This document shows, piece by piece, positions 14,752 to 28,300 of a DNA stretch of 64,000 bases. The notes beneath the pieces are model-generated. The model made no database searches, had not been told where the DNA came from, and saw nothing but the letters and a program-made list of their open reading frames with translations. The first letter of the stretch is position 1; each line of letters starts with the position of its first letter. Made by a program: the position numbers and the translations under genes. The DNA is from Catajapyx aquilonaris (taxonomy: Eukaryota), in assembly GCA_000934665.2 (NCBI GenBank), contig KZ538049.1, forward strand, positions 62,001 to 126,000, written 5' to 3'.

Positions 14752-17700
14752 TTAGGGGCGTGGAGTTGCAATAGGGGCTGTTCCACCTGCAAAATACAAT
14801 TTGGGATCAAGACACTTCTTCTATACAGGATTGTTTCACATACTCCGACTGTAATAATTGTCAATTCTTGGTTTCTCCAACATCATGATACACTGAAAAA
14901 TACAGGGTGAAGGGAAACTTGCGGACAATCGCCAGGTAAACTTATAGTACTCGCAAAACTAATATAGGGATGTGCAATTAGTTTTGGGCGGCGATGCGTA
15001 GTTAATGCGTATGGCGCCTTTAATGTGTAGAGGATCGGATAGTAAAATACGAGATAAAAATGACAAAGTGCACAGGTGTCATACCCAGATTCTTACTCTG
15101 ACAGGATTTGATCACCTATTGCACTTGGACGATGTGTTAGGGGACCAAGGCAAGGGACCGGTGGCCCTCGAACTGACTTTTGCTTCCCTGAAGCTGGCAG
15201 AACGGATGTGATGTCACGAAACTTGGATGGCGCCGTACGCATTAACTGCGCAATGGAGCCCAAAAGTAATTGCATATCCCTGTATTGGCTTTATGAGTAC
15301 TATCAGTCTACCTGGCGATTGTCCGCGAGTTTCTCTTCACCCTGTATATCTCAGCAATTTGTTTGAACAAGTAATGGGTCGTGAACAGTCTACATCTACC
15401 AATTAAAACTTTCGGGGGAGGTGTGGTGGCCGAGATGGTAACGTCTCAGCTTGCTGAGTGAAAGGCCCCGGGTTCGATCCCCGCCTGGGGAACATTCCTT
15501 TCACCTGCGTCAGGAGGGTCTCTGACCTGCACCAAGGAGGTGTCTGGTCCTGGGGTCCTGGGGAACAGCACATGACCCATAGCTACGACATTGCACCTTG
15601 CACCAATGTTCCCTCCCCAAAAATCCCAATCCTTTCCCATTGTCCATGTTTCCTTGCACCGGAGAATGAAGTGAAAAAATATATACAGAAAACTGATAGT
15701 GGCATGCCAACCCCCTATAGCTCCTTACATAAATTAAATAAATTAAAAATTAAAACTTTCATAGTTGGGGGATTGGCTCAGAGTGGCATAGGTAAATAAG
15801 AATCTAAAAGTAGTTACTGTTACCATCTGTGATAAATTCGGATCGAACAAGGTCAGGTGCATGGATTTCAATCTGCTTGGGTGTTTTCCACATCCTGATG
15901 CCACTTTTGTTCACCTTTGCAATTGCCAGCTTGTACAAATTTTGATTCAAAATAAACACAAGGGTGATGAGAGCTAATTGAAACATCCAGATTTACTTAC
16001 CCTGGTTGATTCCCTGAAATTTAACTTTCCATCCCATTCCGGTGTTGCTTGTACTTGTCACGTAGTGTACAACAGCTGCTCCTGTTTCACTAACATACGT
16101 TGCTGGTCTGTCCTGCATTTTCAAAAATATGTAACATATAACATTGACATGCAACTGCTTCAGTGCTTCTCAACTCACATTTCCACAGTACCGTCCACGA
16201 AGAAACTGCGTGTGAGTAACATCAAAACCATACACCTCTACATAGTCTGTATCACATGTGTTGGCACTTCCCAGTGAAAAAACTGAAAAGATAATATTAT
16301 GTTTGTCAGTGACCTATCCCAGTTATTGCCCATCTTTCCCTTCTCAGGATCACCCACCACAATAAATGAATGCATTATGAGGCTCAGAAAGAGGCGTTGT
16401 TGCCTTCCATATGACAAATTCCATGTTACCTTCTGTGAAATGCATGGCATATGACAATGCCACATCTTTCCTAGTCTCATCTCGCATTCAGTTATGATAG
16501 TGGGCAATCCGGAGAGAGTAGGATTCAGATAAAATGGTGGAGCAGACTTTTAAACAGAGGTGGACAGTGCATCACGAACACGATATATGGTAATGTATAG
16601 TGCACCTTCAAATTCAAGCTGAATCCAAAGATTTCCAGGAACTTCCACTTCCCAGCGACAGTCTGATGGCTGGCTGTAATTGCCTGGGTATCCTTGGCTG
16701 CTAAAAGTTCCATAGGTGTGATAAAATGGACCTCCACATCCACGACCTATGGAAAGCAGCAACATAATTTCCACATATGTTTCTGTGTTGTGACATTAGC
16801 CTACCTGCATCTGTTGTAGTGTAGCTGATGTCATATCCACGACTTCTTGGGTGCCTTGAAATGTCCAGACGAAATTGCAGGGCATTGGTAGTTGAAAAGA
16901 CAGGATTTGGAATGGCAGTGCCACAATAAGTGGCCAACAGGGTTGCACTGGTACTGTTTCCGTCTCGGATCTAAAGGAAGGAATAAATGTCAAACGTGCT
17001 AGTTGGCTCTTTGGGAATACATACTGTACCTCCAACTTTTGTGAACACTGGGCATCACCAGTGATGGAAAATTCATTAAAGTACACTGACACTGTGTAAT
17101 TCTCAGGTGCTTCAATGGTAAATGTGCACTGAGCATATGCCCACATTTCAGCAGGCCAATTAGGACTGTATATGTGACCTTGAAGATTTCTGTAGGTCCG
17201 GTCACAACCTATGTAATTATGCATTTGTTATATTATATCATAGCCCCTATGGCAAGAACATACTATACCAACCTGACATAGAGTACTCCAACTTGAACCC
17301 TTTACCAGTAGTAGCTCCATTGCTGACAAGTGTTACTTCGAAGTTGCTTTCCAAAGAAAACATGTCAGCAGGGACCTTATTACCACAGAATTTCAATACC
17401 TGGACATAGGATGTCTGCAAAAAGAGCATGGTGTCACCTTCAAAAGCTAGTAATGTTATATGATTTTACTTACCCTATTTTCCCATTGAAAATCATATCT
17501 AGGGTGGTATCCACTTCCAGTAAATACTACAGGACCGTGCCCGGCAGTTGCCATCATCTGAACAAGATGAAAAGAATACAGAGAATGGTGAAACATGTCA
17601 CAAAATCTCAACAACGTTGTACCCTTTGTGGATGTGGTATGTCCCGAACTTCCAACCAGTCATTCGTGCAATCGAGACTCCTTTCAATATCCATTTCCAC

Positions 17701-20700
17701 AAAATGCAAGTGTACATTGTTCCATACATAAGGATATCCAACCACCCAACGGCAACGGATGTTTACAGGATAATTACTTGGATAATTTGGTGATGTGAAA
17801 ACTTGAACCTCAGTTGTTGCATTGAGGAGAGGTGTGGTACCACATAATGCTGAAAGTTCATTGGCAGAGTGTTCTAAAAACCTTCCTCATTAAAACTTGA
17901 AAATTATGGGTCAGGACTGATGTTTTCAAAAAATATTACTCTAGTATGATGATGATGATGATTATATTGTGGTCCTTTCAGCAAACAATTAGTAGCAAGC
18001 ATCTCTTACCAATGACTATATTAGTAAGGTTGCTAAGGAATCAGATCAAGAATTTCTCAGCAGTACTGTTAATGCACTAGACAACCTGACATTCTGGAAT
18101 TCAAATAAGTGCTAATTCTAATGAGAGATTTCATAGCCTGACTCCCTAATAACCACGTTATTCAGCCATTATCAGACAGGTACCCAAGTGCTTGGCATTT
18201 TAACTTTACACCCTTGGCATTGTGATTGTCTTGACTGAATAGCTCAAGTTCCTTATATCAATCAAGAAGCAACTTATTCTTTTGCTTCATTATCTAATAC
18301 TAATCTTATCAGAAAAAGGAAAACATCAGTCTTGACTTTTCGCTGAGAAAAATGAACACACATGTAACGCTTTTAACTGTCGCCACAAATCCTGCATTGG
18401 TACTGGTTGAACCTGACACAAACTGGATCCACATAAAATTCATGCTGGAGTGCAAACGTGGTGGAGCAGTGGTCCCACAATGCCTGCCAATCAGGGAAGA
18501 GAACATCCCTGGACCATCTCTAATCTGTGGAAATGTACAATGTACAATATGAGAGATATGAGAGAGGTGGATGGACCTTGACTTGATTCTACCTGATGAC
18601 CTCCTGAGATATGAAATCTAGTTATGCACTAATATTTTCAAAACAGTGCAAGGTGGAATTGAAATATTAATTCATTTCTTTTCCAATAAATATGTGACTT
18701 AGATCAGTAGAACTGATTTAGGATAAATTCCTGGCTGTCAATTAGGTATGATAATAATCAAAAGTGAGTGTAGTCTCGTACAGTCTTGACCAAAAATATG
18801 AGGCTGGACAGGATCATCAGCTCCAACAAAGGGGTCATTCCAAGCAAGCATATGAAATTCATCCAAGATCACCAATGATTGATATGGGGGAATAACCCTC
18901 TAAACATGTACAAGATCCTCAAGATTCCCTTGGTTGTCTGACCCCTCTGTTCCAACTAGTTTGCTCCAACCCTGTAAAACTGGTGCTGTCTCAGCATCAC
19001 TGCTAGTGTATGGTATAGTGCATCAAGATTCTGCATCTTCATGTTGGAGCAGATACATTGCAGGTAACAGTTTATTCAGTGCTCCTGACCCAGACTTGCC
19101 TCAACCTTTTGAATATGACTGTACAAAGTAATAAAAAATGTAAAGGTATTTACGAGTAATGGAGTAAAGCTGTAATTCATGTTTGTGTTTGAGTATGCAA
19201 TCATGCCAATAGGCTCATGAGACCTTGCAGGAAGTGAATGGTTATGGAATAAAATAGCTCAAACCTACCTCGACAAAATCTTCTGGACAACTACTGGTGC
19301 TACCATGATTAGCAATATCCATGCTTGTAAACTGCAATTCTAGTGTCTTGTGGGCTGGGGCCACTACCACCCATTCACAATCCAAATATTGGTCATAGTT
19401 TCCATCACCATTGGAATCCACAGATCGTATTGTCTGTACTTGATCAGTAGCATTGATGGTACCACCACATTCTGAAACAGTTTCATTTAGATTGTGATGG
19501 CCAGAATAGATCAATGGACATACCACTTGTGAAATCCACTGCTGCTTCAAAACTCATCTGATTGTGCCCATACCATCGGTGTAGAAAATATTCCACTGTC
19601 ATAACATTGCCTTTAGACTTGATCTGCACGAGGCTGTTGTCCATTAGACCACAATATGTTCCTTGCAGCTTATCAGCTGCTACTAAGGAACCATCATATA
19701 TCTTTACTGATGCATATTGGCAATCATTGTAGGTCATCATCGTGATGTTTCGGAACCTGCAGGTAACAAATTATAAAGGGTGGAAACACGTGCAGAAAAT
19801 TAACTGGAGTCTAGCTTACTTCAGTCTCACAATTTTACCACTTGGAGCATTGAACACCCAGGTACAATTGGTATTCTCATAGGAGCGGAACCGTCTTGGA
19901 GGTGAGATGATGCCTTCTGTGTCATATACACCACCACATCCTAACGAAGCCAGGAAATGACATATTAACTTGCAATATCACTAACATTCACTCATACTCA
20001 CTCATTACAGAGTATCTGAAACGAAATCCTCTTCTTGTAACCACCATATCACTTTGGAAGCGAATAAACATTGAACCACGTGCAAACAATGGCTCTGGAT
20101 AACTGGTGTTACAATATACCCCCATCCACATACCATTGGTTGAATTACCTTCATAAATAGTAATGTTGTCATATGCACAGCTTGAATGAGCTGTAATAAG
20201 AAGATTTTGTATAAACATTCACTGTGAGTTGTGAGAAGAATTACTTGCCTTCAATTTCAAACAAGGGGTCAAATTCAACCGTAACAAAATCGTTTGGATT
20301 AGTTGTAATGACATAGTCACAAGTTAAGTTGTCCTGATAAGCTGCGGGATAGCCAGGAGATATTATGTAGCCTTCAGCATCATGGATGGTTTCCCCGCAA
20401 GTGTAGTTCCAGCGAGCCTGTTCAGATTCATCACAGATATGTTTTCCAGAAACTTATCATTAAATTTTAAGCAAGATGGTAACTCACCTTAAATCCATCA
20501 GCATTAGTCTCACCATTTGAAGTGAACACAACTTTCATCTCATGTCCTTTAGCAACAATGGATGTTGTCGGAACTTCCTTGCCACAGAGTTTTTTAATCA
20601 ATTTCCATTCCTCATCAGGTTTGTCATACACCTGAAAGTTAAGGAATAAATTTCCTGCTGGACACCTTTGGCAACATTGCACCAACCTGGATATTATCAA

Positions 20701-22274
20701 GAGTGCAGTTATTAGAAGTCTCAACATCAAATCTCTCGATAAATGTCAATATCACATGGTATCCTCGTTCAATCACAATCTCCCATTCACATTCAGCATT
20801 GTTTGGGTACAATGAGGGATAATTCGGTGATGATATCTGCCCTATGAAGTCATGGTACAAGCCTCCACAACCTGAAAATTACAATTCACTGTCATAATGC
20901 ATACTGAAAGAAGCATAGGCTATCAAAATTTTACCTGAAGTCACCCCTTCCGTCAAAATCTGAAAGCCCTTCATTTGTGTTGCTCCATTGGAGTGAAACT
21001 CAATCCACAGGCTGCTACTGGCTGAAGAAAATAGTGGACGAGGTGCATGGCCACCACAGAAGCGACCCAGTTTTGGGGATGTTGCTGATGGGCCATTTCG
21101 AATTTCAACATAGTCGTTCTCACATGTGCTCTCAAGCTCAAATGTTTCGACTTTTACCTGAGTATTACAGAAGGTAATCATAAATACATGTTGCTGACCT
21201 GAGGATCATTCTAAAATATACCTGTATTTGCTGTCCATTAGGATAATTCAAAACCCAAGTACAATGTAAGTTTGGTCCATAATTATTTGGATAGTTAGGA
21301 CTTTTGATGGTGTCATATGGTCCTACTAAGACAGAGCCACAGGGCATCACTTGATAAGTCAGATTGAATCCTTTGTTCGTTATGGTATAGTCACTCTGAA
21401 AAATGTGGAATAATATTACTTATGTAAATAGTATTTTAAAAGCACAGTGTGATTATACAGTGTGTTCCAAGTAGTACTGAGTCCTTTGAGTTATCGGATA
21501 GTTCGCATGAACTTGATATTTATGTGTAGCTTTCTGTGCCCTGATCGAAGTGCCTAATTACAGTGCCCACAGCCTAACTTCTCAAAAAGATAGCATGTCC
21601 TAAATATTTCAACCTCTGTGTTTAAGCCATACATGGTAGGGTTTCATAACCGGTTTTTCTTTTGATCCCTCTGTACCCACCATTCCCTAACCGAGATGAT
21701 TGATCCCCCTGCCCTCTGTTCCATCAATGAGATCTCTTAGGGTGTCTGGAGGGGCAGAGGTCACTCCCTACTTTTCGAGAAGTTAGGCTGTGAGTACTGT
21801 ATATATAGCTGTTGCTATATTCGACCACGCCTGGGAATAATTGGGCACCTCGATCACTGTGCTAAGAGCTACACAAAACTTCAGGCGAAATTTCCAATAC
21901 CTAGAAGCACCCAGGTCTTCAAACATACACCATATAATATTGCGGTTAAGCTAATAACAAAAAGGGCGGCATGGTGGTCTAGAGCGGTTATGCCGTTGGC
22001 CAGCAGAGTGGGAGGCCGGGGTTCAAATCCCGTTCCCGCCACCTCTGCTTGGCCGGGTCTTTTTCCGCTTTTCACCCGACATGCCGGGGCAGAATTGCAC
22101 TCCCTACTCTGCCCAGGGCCAGGAGAAAAGGCCTGGTGTTTAAAGAATGTCAGAAATGACTATCGCACAGTGCCCTCCCTTGGGAACCTCCCCTTCCCCC
22201 CTAAGAGAGCCTCGAGCCCTATCACGGGGTAACAAAAAAAAAAAAAAGCCAATAACAAAAATAACAACAAGAAC

Positions 22275-22348
<74 letters not shown>

Positions 22349-25300
22349 TCCTATAGACCAAAGAAAACCTTAGCCAGTACCAGGTATCAAAACCATCATT
22401 CTGCTCTAGATCAAAACTCAGACTATCTTTCAGGAGGACCTCTGTCCAAGTCCCAGTTCTGACCATCCCAAGAGAACTTTCTGTGGTTTTATCATTCTGG
22501 TCCCTCTAGTTCTAGCAGAAATTCACGATCATGTCCTTATAGGCTGCAGATGCTTTTTCTTCCTTTCATAGCCTGTCTAAGTAATATTATGTCATCCAGT
22601 GGAAGAAGAGTGAATGTGTTGGCTATAATTTTTCGTTTCCCTTTGTGAGTATTTTGATAGGTGGTGTATGATAATAATTTTGCAACATCTCTGAAGCTAA
22701 GTGATGAAGAACACTGCGATCTTTGCAATTACGACGAACCCTTCAATCTATACCATATACTTTATCAGTGTCCGGCATTAGCCACACCCCGAGGTAGATT
22801 TTTACAAGCATTCCCACCTGCTCCAGGTCTCCACTTGATTAGAATGACCAATGATCTTACTATAGAAAATCACTACAACCTATTTACCTTTCTTGTCAAC
22901 GTCCTGTGCGCATGACAGAAGGTTCAGTCTTGTGTCCTTGTAAAAAAAATATCTATAATTTTTTCTTTTTTCTTTTTCTCTTGTTAATTTACTGGTTCTC
23001 CTTAATGTATCTGCCTGGCAGCTGTTTCCCCCCAATGGCAACCATGCCCACCGGGGTAAGGAAAATAATAATAATAATAATAATTTTGCAACAGTAAGGC
23101 TGCACTTACCATGACGAGAACCTTCCAAGTGAGAGACAAATGGGCCATGCTTGGAAAAGTTTTCCCTGCCACACTGGTGGAGTCAAGTGATACTATATTA
23201 TGACAAGAGCTTTTTCTCCCAGGTGGGAAGGTTTGAATACTTCACTTTGAATTGTGTTCGAATACTTTGTTTCTGTTAGTTAGCATGCAGGGTTATTTCA
23301 AGAGCAGAACTTCCAGTCAAATGAGGTGGTAATGAGGTAGACGACCAGATGCATTGGCCTGCCCCTAGACACACATGGCAACACATATGACACCTTTTTG
23401 TAGGGAAGTCACCTGGCAGATGAACACGTGTAATAACAGCTGTTGCCTACACTGTAAACAGCAAAACATTAAAAGAGCATCACTCATGAGTCCCATGGAG
23501 CATCAATTTTTAATGCTCTTCTAATGCTCTTGTGATGTTTTTTGTAACAAAAAAGCATCACAGGAGCATTAGAAAAACATTAGAAGAGCATTAAAAATTG
23601 ATGCTCCATGGGATGCTCAATTTTTAATGCTCTTGTGATGTTTTTTGTAACAAAAAAGCATCACAGGAGCATTAGAAAAACATTAGAAGAGCATTAAAAA
23701 TTGATGCTCCATGGGAGACTCACCAGTGATGTTCTGCTAATGTTTTGCGGTTAACAGTGTAGGGAACAGGACATGAACGTGATAATCATTATGGTACTAC
23801 AAAAAAACCAACCTTGCAAATTATCATCATCAGTAATGATAATGATTATCATGCTATTAAGATCATATCATCATGTTCCCAAATGTCACTCAAAACCCCT
23901 TGACCTGGTTGAAAGTCCTTCTGCAGGGGGGTAACTTGTGGGCTGCAGCAACTTCCATATTAGTGTCCTCCAATACTGTGCATGAAATATCATGATTTGT
24001 GTGCCTGAAACTCTGCAGAATATGCCCATTTTACCACCATAAGGCTTTTACTATAGTAACCCCCCCCCTCCCACCCAGTAGGTTTGCATACATTAAGCTA
24101 CATGTCAGCAGGGACATGTACGGTATACTTAAAATAATGCTCACCTACACCAAGATATTTTATGTTGATCTCATGATTGACACTAATTTGGGACACAGTA
24201 CATCTACACGTACTCACTAAAAAAATCAATGTACTCACTGAAAAAATCAATGTGGTGTAGGCATAGGGACTAGAAACAATTTGTTCTTGAGTGACATTCC
24301 CACAGACTTCTTTCAGTAACTTCTGTTCACCAGACATATCTGAAGCAATACACACAGTGAATTCATAAGCATGCTACTTTTTCTAGAGAATACCTCACCT
24401 CCATAGAACCTCAATACATCAAATGGGCAAAACTCAAGCAAGGCTTCGGGTATACGAAAGACAATGCTAGAGTTGAATGCATTTGGATGACGAAAATGCC
24501 ACTTGCAATACAAGCTATTAGCATAGCTGCCATTTTCATAGCCAGGAGATGCAATCCAACCAGATGTACTGTTGACTACACCACCACAAGCTGAAAGAAG
24601 AATATTACATACAGAGTTGGGAATAACTGCAACATAACCTCCACGGAACTTACTAGCTGGTTGGTCTGAGGTGTATCGTGCTTTGAAGCCACGGTGGGTT
24701 GAATGGCCTCTTGTTCTGAACCCAACTTTCATTTCATTAGAAGCAGACTCAATTGTTTCAGGAAGGTCAGACCCACAAGACCACTTCATGACACTACCAG
24801 TTTGTGGATCAATGCTGTTTTTCACCTGTAATAATTTCAATTTAAGAGGCCGAAGCATTGACAATAAAATAGTGACTCACAAATATGTAATCATCACAGG
24901 GTCCATTCTCTCTTGCTCTTGGCCTGAGGTCCAAGTCTAAGAATTCCAGAGTGACTCGACGGTCTTCAGCAACTGTGATATCCCAGGTACAAACTCGAAC
25001 ATGTGCATATCCATGGGGATAGCCTGGTGATTGAATGATGGCAGATGGTGCAGAATACACACCTCCACACACTTCTCTACTCGCATTAAAGTGCAATCGA
25101 AAGCCCCGAGAGATCTGGGTGTTGCTGTCAGATGTAAAGGTGACCTTCACCTCATTGCTGGATGATTCCAATGGTGCTACACCTCTTGACCCACAGTAGT
25201 AGCCAAGGGTTTCATCTATAAGAGGTAATATTACACACCAGAATTTCACATTGACATGTTCATAAATCACATTGCATGACAGTATCACCAAGAATTTTGC

Positions 25301-28300
25301 TGTACAGTATACCTTTTTAGGGAGGAGAAATACACTAGCATTTGCCTATCATTAGAAAATTACGTATCTTGATATCTCACTTTTCTCTGAACATGACAAG
25401 CAGGATCATAACTTTTGCACATTAAAATGCTAAATCATTAGAAAGCCTGATTGACGATGATGATGAATTCCCTCAGGCCTACCCAATGATGGATCCTCTT
25501 TTCAATTCCCAGATTTATCAAATCTCTGCAGTGCTGGTGGACTTTGACAAGTGCAAGGAAACAGGAGAACCCTGAAAAACCCCATGCAAACATGGAGAGA
25601 ACCCAAAGAGATATTTTCCTCTCTGATCTAGGGATCAAACCTAGTGCCTCAGAGGTGGAAGGCTGTGGAACTAACCACTACTGTTGGGTGTTGGGTGAGG
25701 TGAGAGCAGTATGCTACAACTATACTGCCATGCTGCCCAAGCATGGTTTATTTGCAAATCTAATGTGGTGTACTGTAGAAAGCCTGTTCATGTTACAGAG
25801 TCTTCATATGAATGTTTAAGAAAAAGTCACGGCAGGTATTTTAAGATGTGAACAACTGAGCCTTTTCTGTGATCAACCACATGTCATTTTGTAGCTCTTC
25901 CAGATCCTCATTAGCACGAAGGTGGAGGTGGGAGGTACTTCAGTACTTAGTATATTTGCCTGACCCCTCATTCCTTTTCAAAAATGAATGAGCCTGAGTG
26001 TATGGATGGTTAATGTTCACAAATATGTCTGAACTGTACCAGTTAGCAGCATGACCTACGGCTGATATCACCATCCAAAGCAAGTAGAATTTAAAGCTTC
26101 TCCATCAATGAAGCAAGCGAGGTCACAGTCATGCAAGACCATAGCGAGGGCCTCTAATAAAGTAACATCAACAATTGAAAGCACTGTCAGTATCTTTATA
26201 TTCCACATTGTTTCTGGCAATGGGGAGGGGGAGTGTTCCTCTTTTGTTAAGTTAACATGCGTTTACATGTGAGCAATTTGACGAGTGAAGCTGACCGAAA
26301 TCATCGCCGAGGCTGAAATTAACAATCGATTTTCACCTCAAACAATACCGGTATTGCTTACTTGGGTTACTCAGCCTCGCTGAAGACTTCGCTCATCAAA
26401 TCACTAACATGTAAAAGCACCTTTATTGTCTTTTGCTGTGTTTGGACCATCTTATATAATCACATTAAATAGAACTCAGGCAGAGTCACAAAACGATCAC
26501 TGTAAAAGCCCAGGTATTTGAATGAATAATTCTGTATGTGCCATGACTTCTGTTCCACCCCTGGTAGCAAAACGTTGAAGTTTTGAATTATGTGTCCTAT
26601 AAATAATCTTCCAACTAATTAAGCTTTTGTGCTAAATCTACAAATACTAATCCTTTGGCAGTGACATTGTTCTTACATAACATTTCAATACTGAAAATAT
26701 TTTGAAGACTGACTTATGCTGTAACAGCAGTACTCACAAGTGCCATTGATCTTCTCCTGTAGTAACACTGAATCAGTTAAATTGCAGTTACTATAACCAG
26801 GCAAGTTAATGTCAAGGAATTCCATGTAAATGTAGTGACCAACTGGAACTCTGAGAAGCCACACACACTGCAAGTCATTTCCATATGTTGATGGGTAGTT
26901 TGGTGAGGAAATTGTGCCATTCTGTGATATTATAGTTCCTCCACACACAGCTAAAATAAGAGGAGCAATGAAAAACTCAAATTGCTGGTCACTCTCATAG
27001 AACAACAAACCTATGGAAGCTTGAGCTTTGAAACCATTCTGGGGGTCAGTGACATCAGTGAAATACCTCACATATAAAGCATTTCCAGATGATATTTGTG
27101 TACCAGGCATCTCTCTACAAAATCTACCAAGTAGGTGGCCTTGGATTGTTCCTCCATCACGAACTTCCACAAAATCTTCAGTGCAGCTGACAAATAGTTA
27201 AACAGTTGGGATTATAATTAATGATACATGATCACATGTGGTTGTGGCAGACCCTCCTGGGGCCAGAACATTTGGACATTCTGAGCAATAACAACAGCTC
27301 ATAACTTAACGAATATGACATTCATTCATTCATTCATTACACTCACGCATATTCCCAAGATGGGGTTACCAGCGATGACCAGGTACAATCCACCTGGCCA
27401 TCTCGTACAACAAGTTTAATGAAACCTATTGGTGACTGGTCAGGCCACGCAAAGAATATAATGGATAGGATGATAATGAAAAGAATGACATGAATACACA
27501 GAGACACAAAAACACTCGCACAATGTACACATATAAACATACAAAAATTCATAATAAAACTATGCAAAAACAATGTAAACTGTCCAGCACGAAATGGTGT
27601 GTTTAACGGGCGATGTAAACAGCAGTCACCAATGGAAGACAACATCTCACCCATAGGTGCTAGCTGACGAATATAACAAAGTTAAATATTGCATATCAAC
27701 CCTGTCACAGCACCACTAGCTCCGTCCTTAACTTGGGACAAACCTTTTGGGTTTTAGTCATGAAAGAAAGTTGCAGGTTTTATAATGTTAACAGCGTCAA
27801 TGGGTCGTGACCCGCGCCTAAGGAGGCGTCTTGGCAACCTGACCTCCTGGGGGACTGCCCCTGGCCCACCGCTGGATAATGCACCTGCACATGTGTCCCC
27901 TCCCCAAACCCCCAACCCTTACCCTATTTCCTAGTAATCCTTGCACCAGTGTCCGAAGAAAAAATAATTAGAAAACTGTATGGTGGTCTGCCACCCCCCT
28001 GTAACGACCAAGTGTTGTATCACGGGGTAAATAAAAAATTAAAAAAATAAAATAATGTTAACAGCTTTGTATAGAAACACAAATGCAAAGAGGTCCAATA
28101 TCTACCAAATCCACTGGTATGAAAAATCAAGCAGTGCAAAATATACAGAGTCCAGGTAGCTTCGTCTACTGGTAGGGCCACCCAAGCCGGACAGGTCTTT
28201 GGGATAGGAGACAGACGAGACAGACTAAGAGAGATGCCAGTCTTTCCTCTCTTCTTTTTCCTCTTCGTTTCTCTCTCCATCTGTCCCACCTTTGCTTCTT

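Noticed and set aside
15804..15900. Alternative terminal cubilin exon
   Set aside because: The acceptor has a poor pyrimidine tract and the in-phase frame runs into a SINE tail. 14786-14752 fits better, but RNA data are needed.
22140..22466. Poly-Tyr ORFs (also 37262-37516)
   Set aside because: Translations of (TAA)n microsatellites or SINE tails.
23500..23715. CRISPR-like repeat array
   Set aside because: Only two long units, no unique spacers, eukaryotic context and no cas genes.
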